Shown piece by piece: positions 63,730-64,000 of a stretch of DNA of 64,000 nt; the stretch's first letter is position 1, and each line of letters begins with the position of its first letter. The stretch is taken from positions 17,052,001 to 17,116,000 of the forward strand of contig CM075989.1 in NCBI GenBank assembly GCA_038087875.1. The letters run 5' to 3'. The stretch comes from Malacoraja senta (lineage: Eukaryota). The translations under genes and the position numbers were made by a program. The notes beneath the pieces were generated by a model, which did no database searches, had not been told where the DNA came from, and saw nothing but the letters and a program-made list of their open reading frames with translations.

Positions 63730-64000
63730 TAAAGACTACCCTCTATCTCCCATCTCAGTTCCTCTTAACATTTTGAAATCTCCAATCTAGTAACTTCTAG
63801 AATTCCTGGCACACAGCCTCAGATTCACGGTTCTATTGATTCCATTTATACCTTGCGCTGTCTTGGCAAGGCCAGCAGCGTAATCAAGGACGAGTCGCAC
63901 CCTGCCCACTCCCTCTGCTCCTCTCTCCCATCAGGCAAGAGGGATAGAAGTGTGAAAGTGCACACCTCCAGATTCAGGGACAGTTTCTTCCCAGTTGTTA

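Overview
Eukaryotic, repeat-rich genomic DNA from a cartilaginous fish, most likely a skate or ray; this is inferred from HE1-type tRNA-derived SINEs and CR1/HER1-like LINE tails. The only host gene I can support is MINAR1 (KIAA1024, UPF0258 family) on the minus strand. It has a large GC-rich coding exon (27463-29418, 5' end lost in a 200-N gap, about 8 apparent frameshifts), an intact 252-bp exon (8437-8688) and an intact terminal exon encoding the C-terminal TM anchor (5343-5540). A CpG island with a candidate promoter and exon 1 lies at about 29620-30360. The rest is mostly transposable elements. These are a full-length decayed hAT (Charlie/SPIN/GTF2IRD2-type) transposon with TIRs and an 8-bp TSD, three non-autonomous elements with 8-bp TSDs, three PIF/Harbinger-like MITEs, CR1, L1, L2 and Rex1/Babar fragments, HE1 SINEs and Penelope-like element (PLE) remnants. 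The most striking unannotated signal is about 20 copies of a minimal hammerhead-ribozyme motif (CTGANGA-stem II-GAAACGTC) carried by PLE-derived repeats. Several sit in ~200-bp palindromic, TSD-flanked units with two back-to-back hammerheads. A near-consensus REST/RE1 site lies inside the MINAR1 coding exon and a strong CTCF motif lies at 51065. Protein and family assignments are from recalled similarity, not database searches, and TE boundaries without TSDs are approximate.
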